Assembly (NCBI GenBank): GCA_028275775.1
Contig: JAPWTZ010000006.1
Location: 1-28,023, forward strand
Length of the DNA stretch: 28,023 nucleotides
Direction: 5' to 3'
Origin: Candidatus Nanopusillus sp.
GTDB lineage: Archaea; Nanobdellota; Nanobdellia; Nanobdellales; Nanobdellaceae
The notes beneath the pieces were generated by a model. It was given only the letters and a program-made list of their open reading frames with translations. It did not search any database and was not told where the DNA came from. Positions 25,801-28,023 of this stretch are shown here, in pieces (position 1 is the first letter of the stretch; each line of letters starts with the position of its first letter). A program made the position numbers and the translations under genes.

Positions 25801-26047
25801 ATGGAATTATTATTGGCATTTCTAATAGAGGATCCCAATACAATCAACTAGAAAGGAAAATAAATAGAAAACCAGTAGAAATTTTATCAGATGACAGTTT
25901 AATAAGTAAAGTAGAAATGATAACAAATAATAAGGCTTTATATCAATTAATAAATAATAAAGGAGACATTGAAATAGCCGTTAAAATAAATATTTTCCAA
26001 AACTATCAAAGCTTTGGTTTATAAAATTTTTTGAATATCTTTTTTCT

Positions 26048-27019
26048 ATGCCAATAAGTTTATCACTAGGTAATATATCTACTACAGAAAATCTAGATAA
26101 AGAATGGGATGTAATCATTGTAGGAGGAGGTCCTGCAGGTTATACTGCTGCATTATATTGCGGAAGATATAGATTAAAAACATTGGTAATAACAAAAGAT
26201 ATTGGGGGAACATTAAATGATGCAAACATTATTGATGATTATCCTGGATTGGAAAATATTAAAGGATCTGAAATGGGAAAGTTATTTAAAAAACATGCAG
26301 AAAAATATGGAGCAAAAACATTATTAGAAAGTGTTGTTAGAATTGAAAAATTACCTGATGGAAACTTTAAAGTTCTTACAAATTTAGGTAAAGAATTTAT
26401 TGCAAAAGTTATTATAATTGCAACTGGTTCCCAAAGAAAAAGATTGGATGTTCCTGGAGAGAATTTAAAGGGTGTATCATATTGTGCAGAGTGCGATGCT
26501 CCACTTTTTAAGGATAAAATAGTTGGAGTGGTTGGAGGGGGAAATAGTGCATTCCATGATGCGCAAGTACTTGCTCAACATGCAAGAGAAGTATATATAA
26601 TCCATAGAAGAGATGAATTTAGAGCAGATCCTGTAGAAGTTGAAGAAGCAAAAAAGAATACAAAAATTAAATTCTTATTAAATAAAGTTGTAAAAGAAAT
26701 AAAAGGAACTGAAAAGGTTGAGGAAGTAATTTTACAGGATACAAAAACAGGAGAAATTAGCTCAATGAAATTGGATGGATTATTTGTAGCAATAGGATTA
26801 GCACCATTATCTGAAATAGTTAAAGGTTTAAATGTAAATATGGATGAAAGTGGACATATAATTGTAGATCAATGTGGAAAAACAAATATAGTAGGATTAC
26901 TTGCTGCAGGAGATGTAACAACTCAGATATGCAATTTAAGACAGGTTGTTACTGCAGCAGCTCAAGGTGCTGTAGCTGCATATAGTGCTTTTATGTACAT
27001 TAAAACAAAGAAATGGTAA
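26048..27019 (+). CDS. trxB: Thioredoxin reductase (low-Mr, NADPH-dependent type)
   Basis: FAD motif GGGPAGYTAA, redox-active CAECDA, NADPH motif GGGNSA...HRRDEFRA, and C-terminal FAD motif AAGDV. Confidence 0.9.
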   Translation: MPISLSLGNISTTENLDKEWDVIIVGGGPAGYTAALYCGRYRLKTLVITKDIGGTLNDANIIDDYPGLENIKGSEMGKLFKKHAEKYGAKTLLESVVRIEKLPDGNFKVLTNLGKEFIAKVIIIATGSQRKRLDVPGENLKGVSYCAECDAPLFKDKIVGVVGGGNSAFHDAQVLAQHAREVYIIHRRDEFRADPVEVEEAKKNTKIKFLLNKVVKEIKGTEKVEEVILQDTKTGEISSMKLDGLFVAIGLAPLSEIVKGLNVNMDESGHIIVDQCGKTNIVGLLAAGDVTTQICNLRQVVTAAAQGAVAAYSAFMYIKTKKW

Positions 27020-27309
27020 AAATTGAAGATATATTAAACAAATTAAGAGAAGTAACAGATCCAGAACTTGGATATGATATTGTATCTTTAGGAGAAATAG
27101 AAGATGTTAGAGAAGAAAATGGAATGTATATTATAAAATTTTTGCCTACATCTCCTCTTTGCCCATTTATATCAGCAATTTTAGAACAAATAGATGAAAA
27201 ATTAAAAGAATTAAATATATATGAAAATTCAAAAATAGAAATAGATTTTGAAAATAAATGGAGTTTAGATAGAATAAGCCCAGAAGTAAGAAAACAATTA
27301 GGAATATAA
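27013..27309 (+). CDS. DUF59/MIP18-family Fe-S cluster assembly protein (SufT/PaaD-like)
   Basis: 98 aa. Contains VTDPELGYDIVSLGEI and a conserved Cys in TSPLCPF. It overlaps the trxB stop by 7 nt. Confidence 0.8.
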   Translation: MVKIEDILNKLREVTDPELGYDIVSLGEIEDVREENGMYIIKFLPTSPLCPFISAILEQIDEKLKELNIYENSKIEIDFENKWSLDRISPEVRKQLGI

Positions 27310-27677
27310 TGGACAATAAAATTAAAAAAGAATTTGAAATGTTTTGTAAAATAAGTGGGGGAGAATATAGAGAAGGAACATATATAGAATGCGTAAGAGA
27401 TAAATATTATATTAGATTATCTGAGGAAAATGGATTAACATTTATGGCAGGTTCAAATATAACTTCCGATTTCGAAATATTGAATATAAAAGATTGTAAA
27501 ATAGTTGATTGCGAAAGGTTAACAAAAAGTAATGAAATGAATGAACTGGAATATTATATATTTAATATTTATTTAGATAAAGGTTTATTATCAATAAGAA
27601 GAAAAATAAAAGAGGATAAAATTATTATATATTTAAAGACTCCGGAAATTGAATATGAATCTTCAATAGTATTTTAA
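27309..27677 (+). CDS. Hypothetical protein (122 aa)
   Basis: ATG ORF sharing 1 nt with the upstream stop (TAATG). No family recognised. Confidence 0.5.
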   Translation: MDNKIKKEFEMFCKISGGEYREGTYIECVRDKYYIRLSEENGLTFMAGSNITSDFEILNIKDCKIVDCERLTKSNEMNELEYYIFNIYLDKGLLSIRRKIKEDKIIIYLKTPEIEYESSIVF

Positions 27678-27679
27678 AA
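27672..27679 (+). promoter_or_regulatory. TATA-like box (ttttaaaa) for the tRNA gene
   Basis: Centred ~28 nt upstream of the mature tRNA 5' end at 27704. Confidence 0.4.
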
Positions 27680-27703
27680 TTTTTACAAAAATATTAAATG
27701 AAA

Positions 27704-27776
27704 GGGACCGTGGTCTAGTGGCTATGACGCCACCCTTACAAGGTGGAGGTCCGGGGTTCGAATCCCCGCGGTCCCA
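27704..27776 (+). tRNA. tRNA-Val (anticodon UAC), no intron, CCA not encoded
   Basis: Acceptor stem gggaccg/cggtccc. Anticodon arm ccacc-cuUACaa-ggugg. T arm cgggg-uucgaau-ccccg. Discriminator A, followed by tca rather than cca. The 73-nt gene is highly GC-rich in a ~25% GC context. Confidence 0.9.
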
Positions 27777-27866
27777 TCAGGTTTTTATATATTATAGATC
27801 ATGATCCGTTCTTAATCTTCACTTGCCCATAAGATATTTATTACTTAAGATATAAATAATATTTAT

Positions 27867-28023
27867 ATGAAATCTATTTCTCCAATAATAGCATCAATAT
27901 TAATTATTGTTATGACTGTTGCAATTGCTGGATTATTTTATGCATTTACTTCTGGTATGTTTAATTCAATTACATCTTCATCAAATAATTTAGTTAATCA
28001 ACAATCTAAAGTAATATCTTTTA
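27867..28023 (+). CDS. Archaeal type IV pilin-like protein (class III signal peptide, Pilin_N/PF07790-like), 5' part only; runs off the window
   Basis: My translation is MKSISPIIASILIIVMTVAIAGLFYAFTSGMFNSITSSSNNLVNQQSKVISF. The (K/R)x-ISP(I/V)IA + hydrophobic helix is the hallmark N-terminus of archaeal pilins. Confidence 0.7.
   Translation, partial: MKSISPIIASILIIVMTVAIAGLFYAFTSGMFNSITSSSNNLVNQQSKVISF

Noticed and set aside
27777-27866. Region downstream of tRNA-Val containing the 10-bp palindrome gatcatgatc (27797-27806), considered as an integration (att) site
   Set aside because: There is no integrase, no repeat of the tRNA 3' end, and no compositional shift visible before the window ends. 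The palindrome alone is insufficient.
1-28023. Scan for CRISPR arrays, transposases/IS ends, integrases, inteins, rRNA genes and known toxin-antitoxin or restriction-modification pairs
   Set aside because: I could see none by eye. There are no regularly spaced direct repeats, the RFC, RadB and aRF1 genes are of intein-free length, and the methyltransferases have no adjacent nuclease partner.

Overview
This is a very AT-rich (about 25% GC by eye), tightly packed archaeal chromosome segment. Recognisable genes include aRF1, RFC small and large subunits, a class I CCA-adding enzyme, RadB, TFE, a RIO kinase, r-proteins L4-L23-L2 followed by S2, a GatE fragment, two TatD paralogs, Xth, a HemK/Mtq2-like methyltransferase, a PDO/TrxR/DUF59 redox cluster and a DUF763 protein. 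Type IV pilus parts are scattered: a FlaI-like ATPase truncated at the left edge, a FlaJ-like membrane platform protein, and a pilin truncated at the right edge. Gene overlaps of 1-7 nt, scrambled operons, a probable split gene and a GC-rich tRNA in an AT-rich background suggest a reduced-genome thermophilic DPANN/Nanoarchaeota-like archaeon; this is inference, not a database result. The main hunt result is a ~3 kb orphan-gene insert (16.7-19.7 kb) between rfcS and rfcL. It holds two tandem plus-strand cassettes that share a 70-nt promoter-to-ATG element and a 31-nt oligo-T 3' flank but have different coding bodies. The first cassette is interrupted at a T7 run. The second carries a 600-nt internal duplication with 26- and 36-nt perfectly identical patches. 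Other notable items: a candidate C/D box sRNA at the tatD/xth junction, and a codon-usage-foreign SAM methyltransferase flanked by a 14/15 direct repeat. There is also an N-terminally truncated GatE (candidate split gene), a second homopolymer-associated broken ORF, a cluster of TTAAC/GTTAA palindromes upstream of tfe, and two Q/N/P-rich coiled-coil proteins. I saw no CRISPR array, transposase, integrase or rRNA. All counts were made by hand from the sequence; no searches were run.
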